In this document: positions 50,593-59,948 of the stretch, piece by piece
Layout of the letters: each line of letters opens with the position of its first letter
Position numbering within the stretch: the stretch's first letter is position 1
Origin: Chloroflexota bacterium
GTDB lineage: Bacteria; Chloroflexota; UBA11872; VXOZ01
DNA: 64,000 nt
Assembly: GCA_963663275.1 (NCBI GenBank)
Contig: OY760183.1
Location: 2,336,001 to 2,400,000, forward strand
Direction of reading: 5' to 3'
The notes under the pieces: generated by a model
What the model saw: only the letters and a program-made list of their open reading frames with translations
Database searches by the model: none
What the model was told of the DNA's origin: nothing
Translations under genes and position numbers: made by a program

Positions 50593-51279
50593 TTACGTGT
50601 CGGCCTTGGGCACTGGCGGGGCGCACGCAATGACATTCATGCCCAGAATCTGCTCCGCTTCCTCCCGCGAACGCACGCGCGTGTCGATGAACTCGATGGC
50701 AAGCGCCAGGAAAACCCCGACGAGCGTGCCCAGGACGAGCGCAACGGCTACGTTGAACCGCAGGCGCGGGCCGATCTGCCCGGCGCTGCTGGCGTGGTCG
50801 AGCACCCGCGCCCGCAGGAAGATGTCGCCGCCCGGGCCGCTGCTCTGCTCGGATTCCGCCAAGCGCACGAGTTCATCGGCAAAGCCGTTTACCACGGCAA
50901 CCGCTTGCTGCGCGGATGCGCTTTCCGCTTGAACCACCACTTTGGAACTCGCCGGCACAATTACCATGCGCAGACCGCCGAGCACCGCATCCGGCGGCAC
51001 GTCGAGTTGGCGGTTTGCCACCACCCGCGCCGCGACTTCCCAGGTCTGCACGCGATCGACGTACGTGCGCAGCAGGCGTTCCATGGCCTGGTTCGTCCAG
51101 TAGTCGATTACGTTGGGCGTGACCGAGACGCTTACTCCCGCCTGGTAGACCGGTTGCTGGCGGCTGCTGTAGAAATAGGCCGTAAGAGCGGCGACAAGCG
51201 CGAGCACGAGCACAAGCCAGTACCGCCGGCGGATGACGCCGGTATAGTCTCTCAGCCTGATTGGCACAATCTCAAGCAT
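50593..51279 (-). CDS. Wzz/CapA-type polysaccharide co-polymerase
   Basis: Two TM segments, PVYQA, EFIDTRVRSREEAE. Confidence 0.85.
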   Translation of the reverse strand: MLEIVPIRLRDYTGVIRRRYWLVLVLALVAALTAYFYSSRQQPVYQAGVSVSVTPNVIDYWTNQAMERLLRTYVDRVQTWEVAARVVANRQLDVPPDAVLGGLRMVIVPASSKVVVQAESASAQQAVAVVNGFADELVRLAESEQSSGPGGDIFLRARVLDHASSAGQIGPRLRFNVAVALVLGTLVGVFLALAIEFIDTRVRSREEAEQILGMNVIACAPPVPKADT

Positions 51280-51311
51280 CGGTCATGCCTTGTTACCCGG
51301 GCAACTCTGCG

Positions 51312-52052
51312 CTACCCAGCAGCGGTCTCTGCGGAACCCGAAGCGGGCTTGTCAGATTCAGGGATAGTTGGGACGGTCGCCAGCACCGGCGCGCGCAGCG
51401 CCTCTTCAATGTCCTCCCGCGAGCGGAACTGGCCCGAGAGGATTTCCAGCACGAAAGCAAGCCCGGTAATGAGCAGAAAAGCAACCAGCGTGCGCACAAT
51501 GACGTCCAGGCCCAGGCGCGCCAGCGATGCGGCCTCCGGTTCGGAAGCCGGGTCCACGATCTGTACGCTCACCAGGCCCTGGCTCACGCTGGCGGAGTAT
51601 GTGGCCGCTTTGGTCTCGAAGATGGTCTGCGCGGCGTCCGCCAGAGCTTGGGCGATTAATGGGTCGCTGTTCGTATAGGTGAGTTCCAGGATGCGGTGGC
51701 TCTGGGTCGCCCTGAGCGATTGCGCAATGTCCCTGGGGGTCATCCGCACGCCGTACCGCTCGTCCAGAATAGCGGCTACGTTGGCCGCAAAGGCCCGGCC
51801 TTCCACAATCTCGGAGAAGTCCTCGATATTGAATTCGGCGAGAATCTGCCGGTAGTATCCCTGCGAATAGTAGAATCCGGCCGCCTGATCGCTGGGCGGC
51901 GGCGCCGGTTGCACGTGCACCCGCACCGTGGATTCATACGCGTTCGGCCAGATGAGTGCCAGGAGCACGCTGCCGATGAACGCCGCGAGCGTCACACCGA
52001 GAATGAGCTTCTTCCGCGCCGCCAGGATTCTGAGATAGTACTGGATGATCAT
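51312..52052 (-). CDS. Wzz/CapA-type polysaccharide co-polymerase (paralogue)
   Basis: Two TM segments, YES, RSREDIEEAL..PVLATVP. Confidence 0.82.
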   Translation of the reverse strand: MIIQYYLRILAARKKLILGVTLAAFIGSVLLALIWPNAYESTVRVHVQPAPPPSDQAAGFYYSQGYYRQILAEFNIEDFSEIVEGRAFAANVAAILDERYGVRMTPRDIAQSLRATQSHRILELTYTNSDPLIAQALADAAQTIFETKAATYSASVSQGLVSVQIVDPASEPEAASLARLGLDVIVRTLVAFLLITGLAFVLEILSGQFRSREDIEEALRAPVLATVPTIPESDKPASGSAETAAG

Positions 52053-52135
52053 AGCTGCTCTTGAATGCTTGCCCAATACCGTCTCATCATAGCAGATTCT
52101 CGCCCAGGAGCCGCCAAGCGGGGTGTCAGGGGGCG

Positions 52136-53260
52136 TCAGGGCAGCCGCGGGCGCGGGGCCGGCTTCAGCCGTGTTGCGTTCTCAGCGACGAGCGCCTTCA
52201 TCTTCTCTTTGAATACGCTCGTGTCGAACGTGGCGGCATGTGCGGTGATTCGCTTCGCGCTAAACGTCTGATCCTCCAGGCGTGTAACGGCATCACAGAG
52301 CGCGTCCGGTGTTTGCTCCGCGAAGAAGAGGCCGGTTTCACCGTCTATTACCGTGTCGAGCGCCCCGCCGGCGGCATAGGCGACGACCGGGCGGCCGGAT
52401 GCCTGCGCCTCCACGGGCACGAGGCCGAAGTCTTCTTCTCCGGGAAAGATCAACGCACGGCATTGGGCAAGGTGGCGCTGCCGTTCGACGTCGTCCACGT
52501 ACCCCAGAAAGCGCACGTTCGGCTGGGCCATTGCCTCCAGGCGCGCCCGGTCGCGGCCGTCGCCGATGATGCGCAGCGGCAGGCCCAGGCGATTGAAGGC
52601 TTGCACGGCCAGGTCTACGCGCTTGTACGGCACCAGGCGCGAGACCAGCAGGAAGTAGTCGTCGATACGGTCCGCGGGCGCAAAGCGCGTGGTGTCAACC
52701 GGAGGGAAGAGGATGGTCGAGTCCCGCCGGTAGAATTTGCGTATGCGCGCGGCCACGACCCGCGAGATCGCGGCGAAGTCGTCCACCCGCGCGCTCGCGG
52801 TCACGTCCCACGCGCGAATGCGGGTGAGCGTAGCGGGCAGCAGTTTGCGCGCCAGCCAGCCGACCCGCTCTCCGGCCAGATACTCGTGCGTGTTCCAGGC
52901 AAAGCGCATCGGCGACAGGCAGTAGCAGAGATGCCAGGTGTCTTCGCGGGTGATGACGCCCTTGCACCAGGCGCTGCTGTTGCTGATTACGACATCATAG
53001 CCGGTGAGGTCGAGATGCTCGAAAGCAATCGGATAGAGCGGCAGTAGCTTCTGATGGCGCGGATAGCGCGTCAGCGGGCCAAACTTCTGCAAGAACGTCG
53101 TGCGAATGTCGAGTTCTTGGAACACCGCCGGCATGGCCTCAGGCCGGTAGAGCGACGTGTAGATAGGCGCGTCCGGGAAGAGTTCGTGGAGTATGAGCAG
53201 CACGCGCTCGGCGCCGCCCATCTGGTTGAGATAGTCGTGGAGAATTGCGATGCGCATCAT
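52136..53260 (-). CDS. Glycosyltransferase family 4
   Basis: HDYLNQMGGAERVL, SRLVPYKR, EDFGLVPVEAQASG. Confidence 0.93.
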   Translation of the reverse strand: MMRIAILHDYLNQMGGAERVLLILHELFPDAPIYTSLYRPEAMPAVFQELDIRTTFLQKFGPLTRYPRHQKLLPLYPIAFEHLDLTGYDVVISNSSAWCKGVITREDTWHLCYCLSPMRFAWNTHEYLAGERVGWLARKLLPATLTRIRAWDVTASARVDDFAAISRVVAARIRKFYRRDSTILFPPVDTTRFAPADRIDDYFLLVSRLVPYKRVDLAVQAFNRLGLPLRIIGDGRDRARLEAMAQPNVRFLGYVDDVERQRHLAQCRALIFPGEEDFGLVPVEAQASGRPVVAYAAGGALDTVIDGETGLFFAEQTPDALCDAVTRLEDQTFSAKRITAHAATFDTSVFKEKMKALVAENATRLKPAPRPRLP

Positions 53261-53285
53261 GGGCCTCGGCCCTTTGGGGAGGCCC

Positions 53286-54761
53286 TCAATACGCGCCGTC
53301 ACGCCGTATGACGGCCGGGATCGTGCGCAGAATGAGATTGACGTCGAGGCCGAGAGACCAATTGTCGATGTAATAGATGTCCATCATTACCATCTCTTCG
53401 AACGGGACGTTGCTCCGTCCGTTCACCTGCCACAGGCCGGTGAGGCCGGGCTTGACGCTGAGCCGCTTCCTTTGCCAGTCCTCGTATTGCTCCACCTCCG
53501 CCGCCAGCGGGGCGCGCGGGCCGACGAGGCTCATGTCGCCCCGCAGGATGTTCCAGAATTGCGGCAGTTCGTCCAGCGATAGCCGGCGCAGCCACGCGCC
53601 AACCTTGGTGCGGCGGGGGTCGTTCGCCATCTTGAAGAGCGGCCCATCGGCTTGATTGCGGTCCGCGAGGGATTCCCGCAACTGTTCCGCGTCCCGGCGC
53701 ATCGAGCGGAACTTATACATGGTGAACGGCGTGCCGTTCTGGCCGACCCGCTCCGCCGTGTAGAACACCGGGCCGGACGACTCCAGCTTGATGGCGAGCG
53801 CGATTAGCAGGTAGAACGGGCTGCCCACCAAGAGGACGGCGGTCGAGACAACACTGTCGAGCAGGCGCTTCAGGAACGAGTCCCAGCCCACGATTGCGCC
53901 GTCCTTTAGCCCAATTATGGGTATGCCGCCGATGGAATCCACGTCTACCGTGTTGAGTTGGATTTCGAAGAGGTCCGGAATAAGGTGAAACTCCACCCGG
54001 TGCGCCTTGCACTGGTCGATTGCGTCGGCGATTGAGCGGTGTTCCGTGGCGGGCAGGGCGATGATGACGCTCTCCACGCCATGGGCCTGGACGGCGTCGG
54101 CCAGCCGCTCCACCGGCCCCAGCACCTTGATGCGGCCAAAATCCGCCCCGCGCGCATAGTGCCCGTCGTCCAGGAAGCCAACCAGCCGGTACCCCAGGTT
54201 CGGCTGCGTGAGCACCTGCTGCATAATCATCTTGCCGTGCATGCCTCCTCCCACCACGACCATTTGCTCGAGGAGGAAGCCCCGCCGCCGGAGCGCGTCG
54301 ACTCCGAGGCGCAATACCACGCGGCTAAGGCTGATCATGAACGGCGTGACCAGCCAGAGCAGTATGAATAGGCCGCGCGAGTACCCGGCATAGCCGGGCA
54401 AGCGAAAGAGGTAAGACATGACGAAGAGAGAAAAGACCGCCAACGTAGACCCCAAGCAAATCCGGCCTACTTCCTCTACCAGTCCGGTGGACTTGCGCAG
54501 GCGGTATACCCGCGCGATTTGGAAAGCGATGAATACCAGCGCGAGATGCGCGAGCAGCACGGGTTGGTAGTAGCTGAACGCCAGGTACTGGAAGTCGGTC
54601 AGGTCCGGGCCGATGCCCATTTCATACCGCAGCCACCAGGAAGCGTAGACGGCCAGGCCGGCCAGCAACATATCGAGAAAACCGATTAACAATTTCATGG
54701 TGAACCGGCTCCTACGCTTGACTACCGGCGGCGCAACCTTCGGCGCGGTCATCGTCTTCAT
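53286..54761 (-). CDS. Polyprenyl-phosphate glycosylphosphotransferase (WcaJ/CpsE type initiating transferase)
   Basis: KRLLD, YKFRSM, DPR.T, SLDELPQFWN, GDMSLVGPR, VKPGLTGLWQV. Confidence 0.94.
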   Translation of the reverse strand: MKTMTAPKVAPPVVKRRSRFTMKLLIGFLDMLLAGLAVYASWWLRYEMGIGPDLTDFQYLAFSYYQPVLLAHLALVFIAFQIARVYRLRKSTGLVEEVGRICLGSTLAVFSLFVMSYLFRLPGYAGYSRGLFILLWLVTPFMISLSRVVLRLGVDALRRRGFLLEQMVVVGGGMHGKMIMQQVLTQPNLGYRLVGFLDDGHYARGADFGRIKVLGPVERLADAVQAHGVESVIIALPATEHRSIADAIDQCKAHRVEFHLIPDLFEIQLNTVDVDSIGGIPIIGLKDGAIVGWDSFLKRLLDSVVSTAVLLVGSPFYLLIALAIKLESSGPVFYTAERVGQNGTPFTMYKFRSMRRDAEQLRESLADRNQADGPLFKMANDPRRTKVGAWLRRLSLDELPQFWNILRGDMSLVGPRAPLAAEVEQYEDWQRKRLSVKPGLTGLWQVNGRSNVPFEEMVMMDIYYIDNWSLGLDVNLILRTIPAVIRRDGAY

Positions 54762-54772
54762 CGCGGCGTCCC

Positions 54773-55909
54773 TCACGATCCCAGGGTACGATACACGTCC
54801 AGGCAGACACGAACGGAGTCGGGCCAGGAAAAGCGCCCGGCCTGCTCTATGCCGCGCTCGCGCAGGCTGGCCGCAAGCGCGTCATCCGTCAGTACGCGGC
54901 TCATTGCGGCGGCAAGTTGCGCCTGGTCGCGGGACGGGGCCAGCACACCGGCGTCTCCCACCACCTCCGGCAATGAGGAGGTGTTCGACGCAATCACCGG
55001 CACGCCCGATGCCATGGCTTCCAGCGCGGGATAGCCGAACCCTTCATACGAAGAGGGATAGACAAGCAGGTCGGCGCAGCTATACCACATTGGCAATTCC
55101 TCCCGCGCCACGTAGCCCGGCATGAGCAGGCGGTCGCCAATCTTCGATTCCGTGATGGCGGTTTCAATCGCCTGGGTCATCCAGCCCCTGCCGCCAACGA
55201 GAACCAACTTGTGCGGCAGCCGCTCCTGGCGCATGGCGTCTCCAAACGCGCGGATCAACACGTCGACGTTCTTGCGGGGCTCCAGCGTGCCCACGTAGAG
55301 CACGTAGCGCGGCGGCAGTCCCTTGGCCGCGCGAAACGCCTTGATCTCGTCCCGCGAGCGCGGCTGGAAATCACTGTCCGCCGCCGAATAGACTACGTGC
55401 ACGCGCTCCGGCGGCACGTCGAGCATCTCCACGACGTCGCGCCGCGTGCTCGCCGAAACCGTGATGATAGCATTCGCGCGGCGAGCCGACCAGCGCGTGA
55501 ACAGTTGAAGATACCACCGTTTGTACTGCGGAAACAGCCGGGGATACCGCAAGAAAGAGAGGTCGTGAATGGTCAGGACCGTGGGACACGCTGCCGCCAG
55601 GGGCAAAACGTTGAGCGGGCAGTGCAGTACATCTAGTTTACCACGCCCGGTGTGCCATGCCAAGACCGTTTGTTCCCACAGAATGCGCGGCGCCGGACGC
55701 CCGGTGGGGAAGCGGCTGGAAATCACGGTGGGCTTATAGCGCGTGCTCTCCCGCCACGCCGGCATGAGGTGGTTGGTAAAGAGCGTGTAATCGTTCTCGC
55801 CGTCGATATTGAGCAGATGGGTCGTCAATTGCCGGATGTAATTGCTGATGCCGGCATTGCGGTAGTCCTGGGAGGTGTAGAGTTTCAGGGCATTGATCCC
55901 AATTCTCAC
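54773..55909 (-). CDS. Glycosyltransferase family 4
   Basis: TIHDL, VGTLEPRKN, EGFGYPALEAMASG. Confidence 0.93.
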   Translation of the reverse strand: MRIGINALKLYTSQDYRNAGISNYIRQLTTHLLNIDGENDYTLFTNHLMPAWRESTRYKPTVISSRFPTGRPAPRILWEQTVLAWHTGRGKLDVLHCPLNVLPLAAACPTVLTIHDLSFLRYPRLFPQYKRWYLQLFTRWSARRANAIITVSASTRRDVVEMLDVPPERVHVVYSAADSDFQPRSRDEIKAFRAAKGLPPRYVLYVGTLEPRKNVDVLIRAFGDAMRQERLPHKLVLVGGRGWMTQAIETAITESKIGDRLLMPGYVAREELPMWYSCADLLVYPSSYEGFGYPALEAMASGVPVIASNTSSLPEVVGDAGVLAPSRDQAQLAAAMSRVLTDDALAASLRERGIEQAGRFSWPDSVRVCLDVYRTLGS

Positions 55910-56105
55910 GGCCTGAACCTCGAGCTACTCCACACGTCGCCGGGCGCGTCTTCCGCTCCTACCGTCATTGTAGCGCGTGGCCCTCCCTGCCGCTCAGGCG
56001 CGGTGACAGCGCGCGTGCGAGGAAAAACTGTCTTGGGGAGTCCATTCGTGCTAGCATGAACGGGTACGGCCATTTGCGAACTTGCCATGAGGAGCGGAGC
56101 ACGCC

Positions 56106-56867
56106 ATGCGTCTTGGAATCGTGACCTACAACATTGCGGCCGATTGGGACATTCCGGCTATCCTTGCCAACTGCGAAGCGGCGGGCATTCTTGGGGTGGA
56201 ACTGCGCACGACCCACGCGCACGGCGTGGAACCCGCTCTTTCGGCGCACGAACGCCGCGAGGTGCGGGCTAGGTTTGCCGACTCGCCGGTCTCGATCATC
56301 GGTTTGGGCACCACGTGCGAGTTCCACGCGCTGGAAGAAGAGACCGTGCGGGCGCACGTGGAGACGGCAAAGGAGTTCGCCCAACTTGCCCATGACCTCG
56401 GCGCGGGCGGCATCAAGGTGCGTCCCAACGGCCTGCAACTGAAGGCGGGCATTCCCAAAGAGCAGACCCTGGCACAAATCGGTAATGCGCTCCATGCCGT
56501 TGGCGCCGCCGCGCAGGACCTCGGCGTTGCGGTCTGGATGGAGATGCACGGCCCGGACACGGCGGAGCCGGAGAACGTCCAGGAAATTTTGGAGCGCGCC
56601 GCCCACGCCAACGTGTTTGCCTGCTGGAACTCGAATCCGCAGGACGTGAAGGACGGTTCCATCGCCAAGAGCTATGCCCTCGTCCGCGAGAAGATCGGGC
56701 ACGTCCACGTCAACCGGCTCTACAGCGACTACCCGTACCGCGAACTCTTCAGCCTCTTGCAGGAAGACAACTACGCCGGCTGGGCCTGTGCGGAGATCCA
56801 GGCATCGGCCGATGCGCTCACCCTTCTTCAATACTACCGCGCGCTCTTCCATGAGTTGGGCGGATAG
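56106..56867 (+). CDS. Sugar phosphate isomerase/epimerase (TIM barrel)
   Basis: GVELRTTHAHGVE, EMHG, CWNSN, HVH. Confidence 0.82.
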   Translation: MRLGIVTYNIAADWDIPAILANCEAAGILGVELRTTHAHGVEPALSAHERREVRARFADSPVSIIGLGTTCEFHALEEETVRAHVETAKEFAQLAHDLGAGGIKVRPNGLQLKAGIPKEQTLAQIGNALHAVGAAAQDLGVAVWMEMHGPDTAEPENVQEILERAAHANVFACWNSNPQDVKDGSIAKSYALVREKIGHVHVNRLYSDYPYRELFSLLQEDNYAGWACAEIQASADALTLLQYYRALFHELGG

Positions 56868-56931
56868 ACGGACGGGCGCGGTTGGCGCGCACGCAGTGTC
56901 GTAGTTCGCCAAACACGGTATAATTGGGAGT

Positions 56932-57100
56932 GGCCGCCCACAGCGCGCGGCGCGATGCGAATTAGGTAACCCATACCCTTGACATAATTGGGAGAGAGGA
57001 ACCGGGTCGGCAGCAGGCGCTTTCGCCACCGAACGGGAATGAGTTCCGTAGGAATCGCTACGGGAATGAGCTCCATAGGCGTCGATGGCGCGCTCCGACC
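56932..57100 (+). ncRNA. Candidate 6S-like RNA
   Basis: TATAAT at 56919-56924; rod-like pairing (AGCGCGC/GCGCGCT, CGATGC/GCGTCG, GGAAC/GTTCC, GGCG/CGCC) around a central bubble containing TGGGAG. Confidence 0.4.
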
Positions 57101-57106
57101 ATGACT

Positions 57107-57493
57107 ATGGCACGCAAGAGACGCAAGTCAAGCGGCCAGCGCCGCAAAACAACGCGGACTCGCGGCGCAGTGCGTTCCCGCGCCGCCCCGCCTGCGAGCG
57201 GGCGCACAACCGGCGCGGAGACAGGGTTGGCCGAGCCGGCCTTGACCGCTCCTTCAGAAGCCGACGGCGAATCCCCACCGATTGCAGCCGCCGCGCAGCC
57301 GGTCTCGGCGCCGACCGCGGCGCCCGTTCAGGCCCAATCACAGACTTCGTGGCCGACGCGGCGCAAGCGGTCGCAGCGCGTTGACCTGCCGTTCTATGAA
57401 CTTGACCACGTGAGAGGCGACCTGGCGCGGATCGGCCTGCTTTCTTTGGGCATGGTCGCCGTGTTGGTAGTCCTTACCTTCGTGTTGCGCTAA
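57107..57493 (+). CDS. Hypothetical protein, basic disordered N-terminus and C-terminal TM anchor
   Basis: MARKRRK..., YELDHVRGDLARIG, then a hydrophobic helix. Confidence 0.6.
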   Translation: MARKRRKSSGQRRKTTRTRGAVRSRAAPPASGRTTGAETGLAEPALTAPSEADGESPPIAAAAQPVSAPTAAPVQAQSQTSWPTRRKRSQRVDLPFYELDHVRGDLARIGLLSLGMVAVLVVLTFVLR

Positions 57494-57606
57494 CGCTCCC
57501 GCTGCCGGGCAAAACGCGCCGTGCCGCACGTCGCAGGCAAGCGGCACGGCCTCGACCGGCGGCATGGGCGTGAGCGCAAGGTGCGATTACCCACTTAACG
57601 GATACT

Positions 57607-58107
57607 ATGTTCGAGCAAGGCACAACGCTTTCGCAAATCATCGGCACGTCTCTCGCCAGTTTCCTGCTGGCGCTGCTGTATCTCCGTATCTACCTTCCGT
57701 TTGCGCCCAAGCGGCCGGGCCAGCCGATTGGCAGGATACGCTTGGGCATCCGCGAGAAGATCCTCATCTTTCGCCCCACGCTCATTCCGCTCTTGTTGCT
57801 CCTGTTCGTCAACCAGATTCCGGTATCGGGCATCCAGTTTTCGTTCATGCTGCCGGGCACCGAACTGATGATCATGCTGGCGACCGTCATCGCCGCGCTG
57901 GTGCCCGTCTCGTACATCTTCACAACCGAAGGCTACTCGCTCAGCAACGGCCAGACCCACCGCTGGGAGAGTTTCCGCCGCTACGAGGTGGATCGCGGCG
58001 TGGTGGTGCTGGAAGGCAAAGGCGAGCGCCCGCTCAAGCAGAAACTCTACATCCCGGCTGAAAAAGAGAACGCCCTGCGCACCGTGCTGAAACGATTTGT
58101 CGCCTAG
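57607..58107 (+). CDS. Hypothetical membrane protein
   Basis: 3 TM segments plus soluble C-terminal part; codon usage fits the genome. Confidence 0.7.
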   Translation: MFEQGTTLSQIIGTSLASFLLALLYLRIYLPFAPKRPGQPIGRIRLGIREKILIFRPTLIPLLLLLFVNQIPVSGIQFSFMLPGTELMIMLATVIAALVPVSYIFTTEGYSLSNGQTHRWESFRRYEVDRGVVVLEGKGERPLKQKLYIPAEKENALRTVLKRFVA

Positions 58108-58204
58108 CGGCTGCCTCGTCTCCATAGACGCACCCCAAGCCGAAGTCCGAATGATGACCCTGGGCAGTGTGGACGGCAAGCGACAAGACTCCCTCTCCAA
58201 GGGC

Positions 58205-58349
58205 TGACAGGGGTATGTACTCCAAGATCGACTTCACTTGTCGTTCCGAACGGAGCGGAGCGAAGTGAGGAATCTAGAGGGCAGCCCTGCAAGATCATCA
58301 CTTCTAGATTCCTCGCTCCGCTCGGAATGACTTTTACATACCCCTGTCA
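58205..58349. mobile_element. MITE copy 2 (145 bp) with perfect 15-bp TIRs and ~12-bp flanking duplication
   Basis: TGACAGGGGTATGTA / TACATACCCCTGTCA; CCTCTCCAAGGG at 58192-58203 and 58350-58361. Confidence 0.82.
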
Positions 58350-58483
58350 CCTCTCCAAGGGGGAGAAGGCCGGTGTGAGGGGAAATCTGCACGGTCCAGC
58401 CCCTATTCCCAATTGGACTGCAATCTTGCTCGCGATAATCTAACGAATGAGCGACACGCCGCGCAGAGAAAGGCGCTGAGGCG

Positions 58484-59932
58484 ATGAAGCGTCGATCGCG
58501 TCAAGAGAACCCGCCTCCCTCCCTCTTACCTGATTCCCCGGGGCGCTCCGGGGCGGAACCGTCCACCGGCGGCTTGCCTGCCGCCGCGTCCGCCGCGCCC
58601 TTGGCCACGCGCATGAGGCCGTTGACCCTCGACGAGTACGTGGGACAAGCCCACCTGCTTGGCGAGAAGGGCGTGCTGCGGCAGGCGATCACGGCGGATC
58701 GCGTCCCTTCCATGATTCTCTGGGGTCCGCCCGGCTCGGGCAAGACCTCGCTGGCCGCCATCATTGGCCGCGCGGCCCAGGCCACAATCGCCAGCCTCAG
58801 CGCCGTGAGCGCCGGCGTTGCCGATTTGCGCAAGGTCGTCGAGGAGGCCCAGGCGCGGCTTGAACTCACCGGCCGGCGCACGATACTCTTCATCGACGAA
58901 ATCCACCGCTTCTCCAAGAGCCAGCAGGACGCCATCCTGCCCTACGTGGAAGACGGCACGGTAACGCTGATCGGCGCGACGACGGAGAATCCATCGTTCG
59001 AGGTCAACGCTCCGCTGCTTTCGCGCGCCCGCGTCTACAAGCTGGAACCGCTCACGGACGCTGAAGTGATGACGCTGGTGGAGCGCAGTCTGGCGGACGG
59101 CACGCGCGGGCTGGGCGCGCAGCAGGTGGCGGCGCAGCCGGAGGCTCTGGAGTACCTGGTGCGCATGGCCGGCGGCGACGCCCGGGTGGCGCTCAACGCG
59201 CTGGAGTTGGCGGTGTCGTTGGCGGCGGCGGACAACGGCGGCGCGCGCTCGGTCAGTGAAAACGACGTGGCGCAGGCCCTGCAGCGGCGGGTGCTGCCCC
59301 ACGACAAGCAGGGGGACTTTCACTACGACCTGATCTCCGCTTACATCAAGAGCGTGCGCGGCAGCGATCCCGACGCCGCAGTGTATTGGCTGGCGCGCAT
59401 GTTGGAAGGCGGCGAAGACCCGCTCTTCATCGCGCGCCGCATGGTGATTCTTGCTTCGGAGGACATCGGCCTCGCCGACCCGCAAGCGCTTGGCGTTGCC
59501 GTGGCCGCGCAGCAGGCGGCCCACTTCATCGGCATGCCGGAAGGACTCTATCCGCTCACGCAGGCGACGCTCTACCTGGCCGCGGCCCCCAAGAGCAACT
59601 CGGCGCTGCGCGCCTACGCCGCAGCCCGCGAGGCCGTGCAGGAAACCGGCAACCTCAGCGTGCCGCTCCACCTGCGCAACGCCCCGACCGGACTGATGGC
59701 GGCCTTTGGGCACGGCAAGGACTACAAGTATCCGCACTCATACGAAGGCAATTGGATAGCGGAAGATTACCTGCCGGAGCCCCTGCGAGGCCGATGCTTC
59801 TACGAGCCGGGCACGGTCGGGTTCGAGCGGGAGTTGCGGGAACGACTGGACGAACGTGAAGCCCGCCGCGCGCGATCGGCTGAGCAGGACGGCCAAGGCG
59901 GGCAACCGTCACAGGACGAGGAACCGGACTGA
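58484..59932 (+). CDS. rarA: Replication-associated recombination protein A (MgsA/RarA)
   Basis: PLATRMRP, WGPPGSGKT, DEIHRF, GATTENP, KSVRGSDPDAA, ASEDIGLADP. Confidence 0.96.
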   Translation: MKRRSRQENPPPSLLPDSPGRSGAEPSTGGLPAAASAAPLATRMRPLTLDEYVGQAHLLGEKGVLRQAITADRVPSMILWGPPGSGKTSLAAIIGRAAQATIASLSAVSAGVADLRKVVEEAQARLELTGRRTILFIDEIHRFSKSQQDAILPYVEDGTVTLIGATTENPSFEVNAPLLSRARVYKLEPLTDAEVMTLVERSLADGTRGLGAQQVAAQPEALEYLVRMAGGDARVALNALELAVSLAAADNGGARSVSENDVAQALQRRVLPHDKQGDFHYDLISAYIKSVRGSDPDAAVYWLARMLEGGEDPLFIARRMVILASEDIGLADPQALGVAVAAQQAAHFIGMPEGLYPLTQATLYLAAAPKSNSALRAYAAAREAVQETGNLSVPLHLRNAPTGLMAAFGHGKDYKYPHSYEGNWIAEDYLPEPLRGRCFYEPGTVGFERELRERLDEREARRARSAEQDGQGGQPSQDEEPD

Positions 59933-59948
59933 CCCACTCGCGTGCGCG

